Source: an uncultured bacterium
Lineage (GTDB): Bacteria; Muiribacteriota; UBA6191; CAZXTJ01; CAYOHP01
Assembly (NCBI GenBank): GCA_964403795.1
Contig: CAYOHP010000008.1
Location: 16,987-80,986, forward strand
Direction: 5' to 3'
DNA length: 64,000 nt
In this document: positions 63,794 through 64,000 of the stretch, piece by piece
Layout: each line of letters opens with the position of its first letter
How positions within the stretch are numbered: position 1 is the stretch's first letter
Translations under genes and position numbers: made by a program
Notes under the pieces: model-generated
Database searches by the model: none
The model's input: only the letters and a program-made list of their open reading frames with translations
Told to the model about the DNA's origin: nothing

Positions 63794-63988
63794 CTAGCTG
63801 CCCCAGATCTGGGCCCGGGCCGCGGCGATGTCCTCTTCCATGATGGTCTTGCGCCCATGGCCCCGGGCGATCACGGACGCCCGCAGGCCCAGCTTGCGCA
63901 GGAACTCGGCCGCCGCCTTGGTGGCCGCCGGGACCGAGTCCGCCGAGATCCGCATGCCCTCGGCGTCCTCCAGCACGAGCTTCTTCAC
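63794..63988 (-). CDS. Small bacterial histone-fold protein (archaeal-histone/HMf-like singlet).
   Basis: The 64-aa product ...ISADSVPAATKAAAEFLRKLGLRASVIARGHGRKTIMEEDIAAA... reproduces the histone-fold α2-L2-α3 signature of archaeal HMfB (…ITLAKILEEMGRDIASEAIKLARHAGRKTIKAEDIELA). The ATG at 63986-63988 lies inside the window, and the window ends 12 nt upstream. Confidence 0.55.
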   Translation of the reverse strand: MKKLVLEDAEGMRISADSVPAATKAAAEFLRKLGLRASVIARGHGRKTIMEEDIAAARAQIWGS

Positions 63989-64000
63989 GTGACTGGCTGC

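Noticed and set aside
1-64000. Search for CRISPR arrays, IS elements, integrases or phage genes.
   Set aside because: No short regularly spaced repeats, no transposase or integrase-like translations, and no abrupt GC shift. The window appears to be core chromosome apart from the single ~80-bp repeat pair at 12564-12800.

Overview
This is a very GC-rich (about 70%+) bacterial chromosomal segment that is densely packed with genes. Most neighbouring genes are translationally coupled through 4-nt ATGA/GTGA start/stop overlaps. In this GC background the provided six-frame track is dominated by long spurious antisense ORFs. I accepted only ORFs whose translations carry recognisable family motifs or clear signal-peptide/TM architecture.

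What is in the window:
- A complete Tol-Pal envelope operon, tolQ-tolR-tolA-tolB-pal. It is followed by a coiled-coil LysM protein and a formylglutamate-amidohydrolase-like gene.
- Two separate CHASE2-sensor/FecR-domain gene pairs. One sits directly upstream of tolQ. The other carries a class III nucleotidyl cyclase output.
- A Kdo/LPS-core biosynthesis region: kdsB-kdsA-kdsC plus a second kdsA; an lpxL-like acyltransferase; a fused Kdo-kinase/Kdo-transferase; a GT4, a GT2 and three GT9 heptosyltransferases; and murA.
- Signalling genes embedded in that region: two Hanks-type Ser/Thr kinases, a stand-alone receiver, an Hpt protein, and a flotillin/NfeD pair.
- A choline-type ABC importer next to a phosphatidylcholine-synthase-like CDP-alcohol phosphatidyltransferase.
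- A subtilase.
- An ankyrin-MacA-MacB-type efflux operon.
- panE, mdh and a PyrD-like dehydrogenase.
- A β-class DNA methyltransferase.
- A metal-permease gene upstream of a protein with a degenerate diadenylate-cyclase (DAC) fold.
- A short bacterial histone-fold protein at the window edge.
- A pair of ~80-bp intergenic direct repeats flanking a hairpin, beside a large uncharacterised protein and an HExxH metallopeptidase.

No rRNA, tRNA, CRISPR or obvious mobile element was seen.
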